Assembly: GCA_030610995.1 (NCBI GenBank)
Contig: JAUWQO010000004.1
Span: forward strand, 1 to 63,654
DNA: 63,654 nt
Direction of reading: 5' to 3'
From: Desulfobacterales bacterium
GTDB lineage: Bacteria > Desulfobacterota > Desulfobacteria > Desulfobacterales > ETH-SRB1
The notes beneath the pieces are model-generated. The model saw only the letters and a list, made by a program, of their open reading frames with translations, ran no database searches and was not told where the DNA came from. Below are positions 20,305 through 34,022 of the stretch, piece by piece. The position numbers were made by a program, and so were the translations under genes. Each line of letters begins with the position of its first letter. Within the stretch, counting starts at the first letter, position 1.

Positions 20305-20460
20305 ATTACATATCCCCTAAATTATATGTTTATAGCCCTGAGGCCATTGATATTTCAATAAAATATTGACGGTTTCTCAAAAAGTGGTTTTTTCACTTTT
20401 TATGAAACTAACAATTTTAAACTAATAAAGCAATCACAAGTTAATTATAAAGTCAAGCTC

Positions 20461-20506
20461 CAATTGACCTCGTCGAGTGGTTGAGTTGTTGACAACTCGA
20501 CCATTT
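20461..20506. repeat. Short repeat, family actcgaccactcgac (related to 43045..43132)
   Basis: caattgacctcgtcgagtggttgagttgttgacaactcgacc resembles the reverse complement of 43107..43132 and the arm at 43045..43085. Confidence 0.5.
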
Positions 20507-20528
20507 CTGTAAGCAGGGTTTTTGTTGT

Positions 20529-23021
20529 TCACTGCTTTATTATTGTGGCCTGTTTTATTATCTCTTCGGAAAGGTTAAAAATTCCCTTTATAATCTCAAA
20601 CGGCCTTGCCGTTCTACCAGGCTCCGACCTGAGCCTTATCATCATTCTGCAAGGTCCGGTTAAATTAATCTTTAAAACCAGGTCCTTAAAATCTATCTTT
20701 TTTATCTTACCTTTTCGATTAACACGGGTTTGTACAAAATCGGAACTTTTTATAAAATCGTTTAATTTTTGCTTGTCAAAACAACCCTCTTTTAGTTCCA
20801 CGAGATATGTAGCCGATTTTTGCTGTTTAATGGCCGGCTTTGAAGAAGATATTTGACAGTCTTTTACTGAAAGACCTTCCGGAAGATGGTTGTTTAAATC
20901 TGTTATCACGGCATCTGGTTTAACACTGCCGCATACTATTAAATATAATGATTCATTCAGGCTTTCCATACCTATGGGAAGAGCATCATCAAAAGATACC
21001 TTGGGCATAGGATGAAAACCTTCCGTAAACTTTACCGATATGCCTGCCCGCCTCAAGGCGCGTAAAAAGATATTTACAAGCTCCAGGTGCCCAAAATATC
21101 TTGCCTGGCCCTGTTTCGAATAACACATCCTAACCCTTGTATAAAACGCGGCTTTTTTATCTGCCACGCCTCCTTTGTTATATAAAAACTCATTAACAGT
21201 ATCCTGGCATGGTTCTTCCTTGCCGACTTCAAACACCTTTGGCTCAACAGTTTCAAAGTCGCATACTCCGCAGGTGTTACAATCACCCGTGCGACAGTCC
21301 GGCGTATGTTCGCCGCGCTCTGCCTTTTCCCATTCAAGCTTCAAAAACTCTTTTGTTACCCCGGTGTCGATGTGATCCCATGGCAACCGATCTGTAACAT
21401 CCCTTACGCGGGTTGTATAACGATCTACATCAATCCCTTGATCAAAAAAGGCCTTTTTCCATAATCCATACTGAAACCTGTCGCCCCAGCCGTCGAACTT
21501 ACACCCTTTTTTGTATGCATCCACCAACAAACCGCTAAGCCGCCTGTCTCCCCGTGCAAAAAGACCTTCGAGCATACTTACTTCAGGATTTTGCCACTTA
21601 AAACGGATTCCGGGCATCTTTAATTTGTCCCGCAACCACTCTATCTTTTCCCTTGATTCAGTTAGAGATATCTGAGGAGCCCATTGAAAAGGGGTATGCG
21701 CTTTGGGAATAAATGTCGCCACGCTGACATTTATTTGGCCCTTGCGCCCTGACCGGGCTTTAATCTTGCGAAGCCTCTTAACAAGCTCAACAATTGCCAG
21801 AAGATCCTCTTCGGTTTCTGATGGAAGGCCTATCATAAAATACAATTTTATCACCAGCCAACCCAAACTAAATACATCCTGTACCGTATCAACAATTTCC
21901 TCTTCTGTAATATTCTTGTTGATAACATCCCTGAGCCTCTGACTGCCGGCTTCAGGAGCAATAGTAAATCCTGTTTTTCTGACCCTTTTTATGATATTAA
22001 TTAGTTCGGGAGTTAATGTGCCGGCACGTAGCGAAGGTAAAGAAACAGCAATATGTCTTGGTTCACATCGAGACATGAGCTGCTTCATCAAGGAGATAAT
22101 AGAACTATAATCTGCGGTACTAAGCGACAATAACGAGAGATCTTCGTAACCTGTAGCGGCACATGAAGTATCAAACAGATTAAGCAATTTCTTTACAGAC
22201 CGTTCGCGCACCGGTCGATATATCATCCCTGCCTGGCAGAATCGGCATCCCCTGGTGCACCCCCTTGCAATCTCAACGCGAAGACGATCATGTACAGGCT
22301 TGCCGAACGGGATTATCGGAGAATCAGGGAAAGGAGCTGTGTCAAGATCGGCTATTATTTCTCTTGTAATAACCTTATAATCTGAAAATCCGGGTTGCGG
22401 GATCTGAGGCACATAAACCCCTTTAATTAACGACAACTGTTTTAAAAGAACCTCCTTGTCTTCACTTCCATCTTCTTTCCATGCAAGCCAGGCCATGGAT
22501 ATACCGACTATCACGTTTTCGCCGTCTCCAACCACCATGGCGTCAAAAAAATCGGCGACAGGCTCAGGATTGCACGTACAGGGACCACCTGCTATGATAA
22601 GCGGAAATGAACCATCCCTTTCTGAAGAAAAAAACGGGATGCCTGAGAGATCGAGCATTGTAAGAACATTAGTATAATTCAGCTCGTAAAGCAGGCTGAA
22701 ACCAACAATATCAAAACTTTTAAGCGGTTTATGTGATTCCATGGACACAAGAGGTATATGTGACGATCTCAAGTACGACTCCATATCAACGTCTGGAGCA
22801 TAAACCCTTTCGGCAGCTATCTCTTTATGTTTATTGAGGATATGATAAAGTATCTGAAGCCCGAAATGTGATGTGCCTATTTCGTATAGATCCGGAAACG
22901 CAAGGGCAACCTTTAGCCTGACCTTATCCGGATCTTTTTTTATGGAGTTTATCTCCGTGCCCAGATATCGGCTCGGCCGTTCTACCAAAGGCAAGATGTC
23001 TTGAAAGGTTTTAATTCTCAT
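20529..23021 (-). CDS. B12-binding-domain radical SAM protein fused to a DUF2344-like C-terminal domain
   Basis: 830 aa; CTRGCRFCQAGM radical SAM cluster motif; architecture typical of TIGR03960 + TIGR03936 fusion. Confidence 0.75.
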   Translation of the reverse strand: MRIKTFQDILPLVERPSRYLGTEINSIKKDPDKVRLKVALAFPDLYEIGTSHFGLQILYHILNKHKEIAAERVYAPDVDMESYLRSSHIPLVSMESHKPLKSFDIVGFSLLYELNYTNVLTMLDLSGIPFFSSERDGSFPLIIAGGPCTCNPEPVADFFDAMVVGDGENVIVGISMAWLAWKEDGSEDKEVLLKQLSLIKGVYVPQIPQPGFSDYKVITREIIADLDTAPFPDSPIIPFGKPVHDRLRVEIARGCTRGCRFCQAGMIYRPVRERSVKKLLNLFDTSCAATGYEDLSLLSLSTADYSSIISLMKQLMSRCEPRHIAVSLPSLRAGTLTPELINIIKRVRKTGFTIAPEAGSQRLRDVINKNITEEEIVDTVQDVFSLGWLVIKLYFMIGLPSETEEDLLAIVELVKRLRKIKARSGRKGQINVSVATFIPKAHTPFQWAPQISLTESREKIEWLRDKLKMPGIRFKWQNPEVSMLEGLFARGDRRLSGLLVDAYKKGCKFDGWGDRFQYGLWKKAFFDQGIDVDRYTTRVRDVTDRLPWDHIDTGVTKEFLKLEWEKAERGEHTPDCRTGDCNTCGVCDFETVEPKVFEVGKEEPCQDTVNEFLYNKGGVADKKAAFYTRVRMCYSKQGQARYFGHLELVNIFLRALRRAGISVKFTEGFHPMPKVSFDDALPIGMESLNESLYLIVCGSVKPDAVITDLNNHLPEGLSVKDCQISSSKPAIKQQKSATYLVELKEGCFDKQKLNDFIKSSDFVQTRVNRKGKIKKIDFKDLVLKINLTGPCRMMIRLRSEPGRTARPFEIIKGIFNLSEEIIKQATIIKQ

Positions 23022-23163
23022 GATATTATATTAATTTTTTCATCTTTTTTTATAGAAAATCTCTGCGTGCTCTGTGGTAAGAGTTTTTTTGGCTTTTTAC
23101 AAAGCCGTAAAATTTAAATAATAATCACTTTGCAAACAGATACAAACTTTTTTTAAAAATATC

Positions 23164-24552
23164 ATGATGCAGACATATAAAATTAAATCTTTGATTATAG
23201 CCTTTTTTGCGACACTTATTCTTCCCCTTCCCGGCCCTGCCGCTGAATATGAACGGGAAAACCCTGTTGTCAGGGCTGTGCGCAAGGTCAGCCCCGCGGT
23301 TGTAAACATAAATTCTGAATACGAGATTCGCAGGCGCGCCAATCCTTTCTCCGGATTCAGGATGGATCCCTTGTTTGATTCCTTTTTCAGGGATTTTTTT
23401 GACCCCGGTTTTGAGGAGCGCTACAAAAGAACCAGCCTTGGATCGGGAGTTATTATTGATGGAAAACGGGGTCTTATTCTCACAAATGCGCACGTGCTTG
23501 CAAAAAGCACTACAATAACGGTTATTCTAAATGATGAACGTAAATTTGATGCCCGGATTATAGGCGCCGATCCTGATTCCGATCTGGCGGTGCTGCGAAT
23601 ATCGTCAAAAAATTCTCTTCCGGCTATAGAGATGGGCGACTCCGACGATCTTATGATAGGGGAAACAATTATAGCCATAGGCAACCCGTTCGGTTTTTCC
23701 AATACGGTAACAACAGGGGTTATAAGCGCAGTAAATCGAAGCATCAGGACAGATGATGCTGTTTATCATGATTTTATACAGCTTGATGCCTCCATTAATC
23801 CCGGCAACAGCGGAGGAGCTCTGCTGAATATAAACGGCGAACTTATCGGCATTAATACCGCAATTTATGCAAAAGCCCAGGGAATAGGCTTTGCCATACC
23901 CATCAACAAGGCAAAAAGGATTGTGTCAGACCTTATTCAATACGGAGAGGTTGTTCAAATATGGCTTGGCATAACCGTGCAGAATCTTGATAAAAGGCTT
24001 GCCCAATACCTGAAAGCTCCTGAACACAAGGGTGTGGTTGTCAAAGAGATCTCAAAGGGAGGACCCGGCCATAAATCAGGCATCCAAGACGGTGATATTA
24101 TTCTGTCTGTCGGCTCCAGGAGCATCCCTTCGGTTGAACATTATCATACAGCCATGAAAAATTATGCCAAAGGGGATTTAATCAAAATAAAGCTCTGGCG
24201 AAACAATAAAGAAATTATTGTTTCAACAAGGGCGGCTGTGTTCCCTGAAAGGCGGGCCATGGAACTTGCCTTCAAGCTTCTTGGTGTAAGGGTTGAAAAC
24301 CTGTCTTTAACAAAACGTTTTCAATATAAAACCTCCGCAAAAACAGGTGTGGTGATTTCAGAGGTCAATCGTCAATCCTATCTGGCGCGTATCGGGGTAA
24401 AACCGGGTGATATAATACAGCAAATTGATGAAATGGCTATAAGCAGTATAAAGGATTTTGAAAAAGCGATTGTAAAATATCGCCATAAAAGATCTGTGGT
24501 TATCCTGTTGCAACGTAGCGATCAGAGCTATTATATAACCGTAAAATTATAA
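23164..24552 (+). CDS. Periplasmic serine endoprotease, DegP/DegQ (HtrA) family with two PDZ domains
   Basis: Signal peptide, catalytic H (TNAHV), D (DLAVL) and GNSGGAL serine motif, two PDZ-like C-terminal repeats. Confidence 0.85.
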   Translation: MMQTYKIKSLIIAFFATLILPLPGPAAEYERENPVVRAVRKVSPAVVNINSEYEIRRRANPFSGFRMDPLFDSFFRDFFDPGFEERYKRTSLGSGVIIDGKRGLILTNAHVLAKSTTITVILNDERKFDARIIGADPDSDLAVLRISSKNSLPAIEMGDSDDLMIGETIIAIGNPFGFSNTVTTGVISAVNRSIRTDDAVYHDFIQLDASINPGNSGGALLNINGELIGINTAIYAKAQGIGFAIPINKAKRIVSDLIQYGEVVQIWLGITVQNLDKRLAQYLKAPEHKGVVVKEISKGGPGHKSGIQDGDIILSVGSRSIPSVEHYHTAMKNYAKGDLIKIKLWRNNKEIIVSTRAAVFPERRAMELAFKLLGVRVENLSLTKRFQYKTSAKTGVVISEVNRQSYLARIGVKPGDIIQQIDEMAISSIKDFEKAIVKYRHKRSVVILLQRSDQSYYITVKL

Positions 24553-24748
24553 TAATAAGTATTCACCACGAAGCACACGAAGAATATAAAAAACAATCGT
24601 AACTATTCAGCCACAGATTCACAGATATTATTCTTAGAAGCCATTTGTCGGGCCATTCTGGGAACAGCCCCTACAAGTAATTGTCAAAGAAATTTTCTCT
24701 GTGTTCTCTGTGGTAAAAATATTATTAATATGGAGATTATCCGACAAG

Positions 24749-26131
24749 ATGAAGCAAACCAGAATATTACATCTTTTACAGTCAAACAGACCCGTAGATA
24801 ATGTAATTATAAAAGGGTGGGTCAGAACCAGGCGTGACGCAAAGGGTTTTTCCTTTATAGAGGTAAATGACGGGTCATGCCTTAAAAACATGCAGGTAAT
24901 CGCAGACAGTTCCCTTGTCAATTATAAGGAAATAACAAAGCTTTCAACAGGCTCGGCCGTGGCTGTTACAGGCTCGCTAATGGAATCGCCTGGAAAAGGA
25001 CAGAAATGGGAGCTAAAAGCAGATGGTCTGGAAATACTGAGCCTTACCCCTGATACATTTCCGCTGCAAAAAAAACGGCACAGCGACGAGTTTTTAAGAA
25101 CCATCGCTCATTTAAGGCCCAGAACCAATAAATACAGCGCTGTCTTTCGTATAAGATCAGAGCTGTCCTTTGCAATACATAAGTTTTTTAAAGACAGGGG
25201 CTTTAAATATATTCACACTCCGGTTTTAACCGCTTCTGACTGCGAAGGCGCTGGGGAACTGTTTAAGGTAACAACACTGGATTTAGACAGCGTTCCAAAA
25301 AAGGATGGAAAGACCGACTTTTCGCTCGATTTTTTCGGCGCTGCAACAAGTCTGACCGTATCCGGACAGCTTTCGGCTGAAATGTTTGCCCTGGCCTTAG
25401 GCGATGTTTATACGTTCGGCCCTACTTTCAGGGCTGAAAACTCAAATACAAGCAGGCATGTGGCTGAATTCTGGATGGTTGAACCTGAAATGGCCTTTAG
25501 CGATCTAAACGACGCCATGGATTTGAGCGAAGAATTTTTGAAATATCTGACAGGCTATGTAATGGATGAGTGCGTAGACGATCTGGAACTTTTTGCAAAG
25601 TATGTGGACAAAAACCTTATGAAAACCCTGGAAGGTTTAATCACATCCGACTTTACCAGACTTTCATACAAAGAGGCTATGGAGATTTTAAGTAAATCCG
25701 GACAAACTTTTGAGTTTGAGGTAGGATTTGGCAAGGATCTGCAGTCCGAGCACGAAAGATATCTTACCGAACACTATTTTAAAAAACCTGTAATTATCTA
25801 TGATTATCCAAAAAACATAAGGCCGTTTTATATGAGAATAAATGACGACAATAAAACAGTTGCCGCCATGGATGTTCTTGTGCCGAACATAGGGGAAATA
25901 ATAGGCGGAAGCCAGCGCGAAGAGCGGATAAATGTTCTTGAGGCAAGACTGGATAAACTTGGATTGTCAAAAAAGGATTACTGGTGGTATGTTGAATCCA
26001 GAAGATACGGCTCTGCTTATCACAGTGGATTCGGCCTGGGTTTTGAACGTTTGCTGATGTTTTTAACAGGCGTAACCAATATTAGGGACGTTATACCCTT
26101 TCCAAGAACTCCGAGCTCTATTTCTTTTTAA
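24749..26131 (+). CDS. asnS: Asparagine--tRNA ligase
   Basis: OB-fold start IKGWVRTRRD, class II motifs FRAENSNTSRHVAEFWMVEPE and GFGLGFERL; start moved to Met17 (upstream part lies in repeat-like sequence). Confidence 0.9.
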   Translation: MKQTRILHLLQSNRPVDNVIIKGWVRTRRDAKGFSFIEVNDGSCLKNMQVIADSSLVNYKEITKLSTGSAVAVTGSLMESPGKGQKWELKADGLEILSLTPDTFPLQKKRHSDEFLRTIAHLRPRTNKYSAVFRIRSELSFAIHKFFKDRGFKYIHTPVLTASDCEGAGELFKVTTLDLDSVPKKDGKTDFSLDFFGAATSLTVSGQLSAEMFALALGDVYTFGPTFRAENSNTSRHVAEFWMVEPEMAFSDLNDAMDLSEEFLKYLTGYVMDECVDDLELFAKYVDKNLMKTLEGLITSDFTRLSYKEAMEILSKSGQTFEFEVGFGKDLQSEHERYLTEHYFKKPVIIYDYPKNIRPFYMRINDDNKTVAAMDVLVPNIGEIIGGSQREERINVLEARLDKLGLSKKDYWWYVESRRYGSAYHSGFGLGFERLLMFLTGVTNIRDVIPFPRTPSSISF

Positions 26132-26167
26132 AACAGCATGTTGTGGTGAAAACAAGATTTATTCGTA

Positions 26168-26818
26168 TTTATTCAGCCACAGATTTACGCTGATCATCAC
26201 TGATGTTTTTTCTTTTATTATCATATATAAATCTTTCAACCTGTGCGGTTAGGATTTACCGTGTGTTGTCAATGAGTTGATGGTTATGAAGGAGACGTTG
26301 TAGGGGCGGCTTTATGCCGCCCGCCAAATCGATTCGGGCGGGGTAAACCCGCCCCTACGGTAACCCGCCGATGAGGATTAGATCATTCGGAAGGGCTCAG
26401 GAATTACCTAACCGCACAGGTTGAAATCTTTTGAATTCTGGTCTTTTACAAAAATTTAATAATAGGCCAACTTCAATATTTGTTGCTTTCAAGTAATTGA
26501 TTAATTGAGCTTCATGTGTAGGATTAATGATACGAACTGCTTTTAGTTCAACAATTACTTTTTCGTTTACAATCAAGTCTGCCTTAAATTTTCCGATTAC
26601 TTTACATCGAAAAAATACAGAAATATCTTTCTGCCTTTCTACACATAGTCCATATCCAATTATGACAATATATAAGGCATTTTCATAGACAGATTCCAGA
26701 AACCCTTCACCAAGCTCATTATAGACTTCATAAAAACTTCTAAGAATAACATCTGTGATTTCTTTATATTTAAAACTATCTGCGTTCATCTGTGTAAATC
26801 TGTGGCCGAATAGTTACC
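26168..26818. repeat. GxxExxY-gene element bounded by cagccacagattt-type inverted repeats
   Basis: tttattcagccacagatttacgc (26168-26190) versus gtaaatctgtggccgaatagttacc (26794-26818); also contains aggggcgg..ccgcccct palindrome at ~26290-26360; same end motif at 9270, 9577, 24598. Confidence 0.65.
26397..26789 (-). CDS. GxxExxY family protein
   Basis: LGEGFLESVYENAL motif (G-x-x-E-x-x-Y) and ~130-aa size. Confidence 0.75.
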   Translation of the reverse strand: MNADSFKYKEITDVILRSFYEVYNELGEGFLESVYENALYIVIIGYGLCVERQKDISVFFRCKVIGKFKADLIVNEKVIVELKAVRIINPTHEAQLINYLKATNIEVGLLLNFCKRPEFKRFQPVRLGNS

Positions 26819-26820
26819 TT

Positions 26821-27612
26821 TTATTCTTTCATACATCTTAACTTTGCAAGATCTTCGGCATAGCCATAAAGATGAAGCCCCTTGCTTTCAACTATCATTT
26901 CTCCGTCTTCAACACCGATTTCCCCTGCCATATACTCTTTCAGATTCTGTATGCCGGCCAAATTTGCGGGCAGACCGCCCCAAAGATCCCACGAACGAAA
27001 ATATATCATAAAATTCAGGACTCCATCCTGTATCCGTGTATCAATGGAGCGTAAACAGGGGGGGTCAAGAAGAATCAGGTCTGAGGGGTGCGCAATCTGG
27101 AGAACCATCTGGTTGTTACGGTATCCGTGTTTTTTATATGTCTGAATTATCCACTCAATCTGATTAATATAAAGAGACCCTTTCTTCTCAAAAACAGCAT
27201 TTCCGTCAACATCTCTAACGTCTATGATTTCTTTATCGCTTTTTTTCCACCAGGCAAGCTTATTCCCGGCAATTGGAGCTCCGGTTAGCCTCTCGCCATA
27301 AGTGTATGATTCACCGACCTCTTTGTCCGGGGTCATAAGGTATTCAAGATATGATCTGCTATATCCTTCTCCTCCGTAAATATATGCTTCTTCAACAGGA
27401 TTTGGTATCCCACACGCCGGAGGAATGTCCGGCAACAGGGGTTGTGTGCCGGGATGTTTCACATGACCAATAAAAAAATCGTATTCTAAGCGCGTTTGTC
27501 CCGCATACGAACCACGATCAATTTTAAACCTTCTTCCATGATCAAAGATATCGTGTATGGCCTGAAACCACAGATCAGGCAGATCTCTTGCTTCTATTTG
27601 ATGAATATACAT
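26821..27612 (-). CDS. Divergent (archaeal-like) thymidylate synthase ThyA-fold protein
   Basis: Alignable by eye to ThyA core: YTYGERL (cf. PVYGKQWR), INQIEWII (cf. IDQI..V), DPPCLRS (catalytic Cys), YFRSWDLWGGLPANL (cf. YQRSCDVFLGLPFNI), GLHLYGY (cf. DTHLYSNH). Confidence 0.6.
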   Translation of the reverse strand: MYIHQIEARDLPDLWFQAIHDIFDHGRRFKIDRGSYAGQTRLEYDFFIGHVKHPGTQPLLPDIPPACGIPNPVEEAYIYGGEGYSRSYLEYLMTPDKEVGESYTYGERLTGAPIAGNKLAWWKKSDKEIIDVRDVDGNAVFEKKGSLYINQIEWIIQTYKKHGYRNNQMVLQIAHPSDLILLDPPCLRSIDTRIQDGVLNFMIYFRSWDLWGGLPANLAGIQNLKEYMAGEIGVEDGEMIVESKGLHLYGYAEDLAKLRCMKE

Positions 27613-27616
27613 ATTA

Positions 27617-27774
27617 GTAACCGTTTACGGAATGTTGAAATTAGAAAATAGAAATTGGAAATTTGGCCTTCATGCTTTTGTACTGTTCTTCCAAATTTCT
27701 AATTTCCAATTTCTATTTTAATCTCTCCCAAATTTCTAATTTCCAATTTCAAGTTTCAAGCCGTGAACGGCTAC
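27617..27774. repeat. Four-helix-bundle-derived miniature element
   Basis: gtaaccgtttacgg ... ccgtgaacggctac ends; near-identical interior to 16575..16739. Confidence 0.75.
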
Positions 27775-27780
27775 CTATTC

Positions 27781-31337
<3,557 letters not shown>

Positions 31338-31893
31338 ATATATTCCTATATTAAGTTATAAAAAATTATTATTAATATATGTTTATAACTATAACAACCT
31401 TTTAACACACCTGTTTTATTAAATAAATAAACAAAATAGTATAATAAAAAAACATCGATTATTATGTTTAAAAAATTAATATTATAAACAAATAAAAAAT
31501 ATATGTTTATAACTAATTAATTATTGATAAAATATCAATACAAAAAAGATAATAATATTTGTAACAATTTAGGTCTTTCAAAGAGAATTTTTTGACAGGA
31601 TTAACAGGATATTCAGGATTAAAACATCAAAATCCCTTACCTTATATTTAATTCCAACTTTCCGTTCACCAAAATTAATAATTAAAAACACAACCCATTT
31701 AGTTGTAAGCTCTGTATGCACAACCAATAATTTTCTCAGTCAATTCTTTATATTTCATTTCTCAGGATATAATTTTTTATGATTTACTGGATAGTTAGAG
31801 TGAGACTTAACCTTGTTTGTTCACTTAAAACAAAATCTTGTTTATCCTGTTAATCCTGTCAGAATTTTTTTCAAAGGGATAAATAAAGGAAGG
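31338..31893. other. Extremely AT-rich non-coding gap upstream of dnaN; candidate replication-origin/unwinding region (unproven)
   Basis: Direct 16-mer tatatgtttataacta at 31376 and 31500; TGTTTATAA-like 9-mers in both orientations; 24-bp inverted repeat gacaggattaacaggat at ~31590 and ~31845. Confidence 0.3.
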
Positions 31894-31970
<77 letters not shown>

Positions 31971-32024
31971 TCATGTAAACAATATAAATAAATAAAACAA
32001 AAAATTAAGTCAAGATTTTTTATA

Positions 32025-32339
32025 TTATAATAAAAATTTAATTAAACCTGTTAAATATTCAAACTCGGCTTCCGAACATTTATTATTCTTATATTTAACA
32101 AGAAGATGTTTTGTACGACTTGTATGACCTGATATTATTTCAATTTTTGACTGAGGAATCTTTAGAATATTTGCCAGATATTTTATACACATTCTATTTG
32201 CAGCTCCATTTACAGGTGGGGCTGTGAGTTTGATTTTAATCGCATCGCCATAAATACCCGCTATCATGTTTTTTGAAGATCTTGGTTGAACAAAAACTTT
32301 AAATATGATGCCCTTAGTATTTTTATTGATAAATAACAT
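32025..32339 (-). CDS. DUF167 (YggU) family protein
   Basis: VQPRSSKN..G..G..IKIKLTAPPVNGAAN..CIKYLA pattern. Confidence 0.75.
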   Translation of the reverse strand: MLFINKNTKGIIFKVFVQPRSSKNMIAGIYGDAIKIKLTAPPVNGAANRMCIKYLANILKIPQSKIEIISGHTSRTKHLLVKYKNNKCSEAEFEYLTGLIKFLL

Positions 32340-32345
32340 TCAAAC

Positions 32346-33809
32346 TTAAGCCTTTTTTTGAATGTCAGAATTTCTAATATTATTTATGATGCTGCTTGAC
32401 GAGACATTTTTTTTAATAGGAATAAGCACTACCCTTCCGCCACATCTCTCAACAATCTCCCTTCCTGTAACATCTTCAAATATATAGTTTCTGCCCTTTG
32501 TAAGTATGTCTGGACGAATAATTTCAATCATTTTACTAAGTTGTTTTGAAGAAAAAACCACAACATAATCAACGGAACCTAAAGCGCCCAAGATGCTTAA
32601 ACGGTCCTTTTCGCTGATTATAGGTCTTCCGGGCCCCTTAATGCCGCTTACAGACTCATCGTCATCAATAGCAACAACAAGCACATCTCCCAGCTTTTTT
32701 GAGGCGGAAAGAAGCATAATATGACCTTCGTGCAAAAGATCAAAACAACCGTTTGTCAGCACAATTTTTTTATTATCGGCTTTAAGTTTCTGCACAACGG
32801 CCGGAAGTTCTGAAAAAGATATATGTTTAGTTGAGGCGTAATCATACCCAGGCGTCAAAGCCGATAAAAGTTCATTTTTTGACACGGTTGACGTTCCAAC
32901 CTTGCTCACCACAATACCTGCTGCTGTATTAGCAATGGACGCAGCTTTTACAAAAGAGGCTCCCGAAGCAATTACAAGCCCCAAGACAGCGATTACCGTA
33001 TCTCCAGCTCCAGACACATCAAAAACCTGCCTTGCCTGAGCGGTGATATAATAAGGTTTTTTATTGTCCTCAAATAAAACCATCCCGTCTTTGCCGCATG
33101 TAATAAGAAGATTTTCTATCTTTACAGTTTCAACAATCTTGTTTCCGGCTTTAATTAAGGTTGATTCGTCGACAATATCTATTCCAGAGGCAAGGGCTGC
33201 CTCCTTTTTGTTCGGGGTAAGCAAAGAAACACCTGAATATTTTGAAAAATCACGCCCTTTTGGATCGACTATAGAAAAACTTTTGTATTTTTTTACAATA
33301 GATGTCAACGAGTTAAGCAAATCTGCCGTAATTAACCCCTTACCGTAATCTGAAATTAATACCAGATCCACATCAGGCATTACACGCTCAATATAATTTA
33401 ATATAACATCAAAGGTTTGTTGAGATATATCTTTTTTTGTTTCCCTGTCGATTCTAAGCACCTGTTGGTTGCCGGAAATAATTCTCGTTTTTCTGGTCGT
33501 GGGCCTTTCCGGGTCTTCGATAACCCCCTCGGTATTAATGCCGAGTTCGTTTAATTTTGCTAACAAAAGATGTCCATATCTATCCGAACCGATTACTCCG
33601 GCCAGCGAAACATTTGCTCCAAGCGCTATAAGGTTGTTTGCGACGTTTCCGGATCCACCAAGGGTATAATTTTCCTCTTTAACCGAAACAACCTGGACCG
33701 GCGCTTCAGGAGATATCCGGTCAACATTACCCCACAGGTATTCATCGACCATTAAATCTCCGACAACAAGGAGATTGCATCTTTCAAATTTTGAAATATC
33801 AAAACCCAT
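32346..33809 (-). CDS. hldE: Bifunctional D-beta-D-heptose 7-phosphate kinase / heptose 1-phosphate adenylyltransferase
   Basis: VVGDLMVDEY..ISPEAPVQVV kinase domain; TNGCFDLLHEGH cytidylyltransferase motif; start moved to Met36 because codons 1-35 of the track ORF lie in the tcgtaaaaagtc repeat. Confidence 0.85.
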   Translation of the reverse strand: MGFDISKFERCNLLVVGDLMVDEYLWGNVDRISPEAPVQVVSVKEENYTLGGSGNVANNLIALGANVSLAGVIGSDRYGHLLLAKLNELGINTEGVIEDPERPTTRKTRIISGNQQVLRIDRETKKDISQQTFDVILNYIERVMPDVDLVLISDYGKGLITADLLNSLTSIVKKYKSFSIVDPKGRDFSKYSGVSLLTPNKKEAALASGIDIVDESTLIKAGNKIVETVKIENLLITCGKDGMVLFEDNKKPYYITAQARQVFDVSGAGDTVIAVLGLVIASGASFVKAASIANTAAGIVVSKVGTSTVSKNELLSALTPGYDYASTKHISFSELPAVVQKLKADNKKIVLTNGCFDLLHEGHIMLLSASKKLGDVLVVAIDDDESVSGIKGPGRPIISEKDRLSILGALGSVDYVVVFSSKQLSKMIEIIRPDILTKGRNYIFEDVTGREIVERCGGRVVLIPIKKNVSSSSIINNIRNSDIQKKA

Positions 33810-33861
33810 ATTTAATTTTTTAGCCACAGACACACACAGACTTTTATTGGCAACTTCAAGT

Positions 33862-34021
33862 TTGATGACGTCGTAAAAAGTCTCAAAATCGTCATGCCGG
33901 ACTTGATCCGGCATCCAGAACGCATTGAATTTACTGGATAGCGCTAACGCTTCACTACGTGCCCCGCCTTCGCGGGAATGACAAGGGCGGTTGTTTTTTG
34001 ACTTTTTACGAGATCGTCAAG
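33862..34021. repeat. TIR-bounded miniature element, family tcgtaaaaagtc
   Basis: ttgatgacgtcgtaaaaagtc / gactttttacgagatcgtcaag ends; interior shared with 8222..8400. Confidence 0.75.
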
Positions 34022-34022
34022 T

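Noticed and set aside
23097-23493. Two minus-strand ORFs (81 and 122 aa) at the start of the protease gene
   Set aside because: They overlap the HtrA-family CDS and its promoter region antisense, and have low-complexity basic composition.
27147-27155. TTATCCACT, an 8/9 match to the DnaA box
   Set aside because: It is a single occurrence inside the ThyA-like coding sequence and is not part of a cluster.
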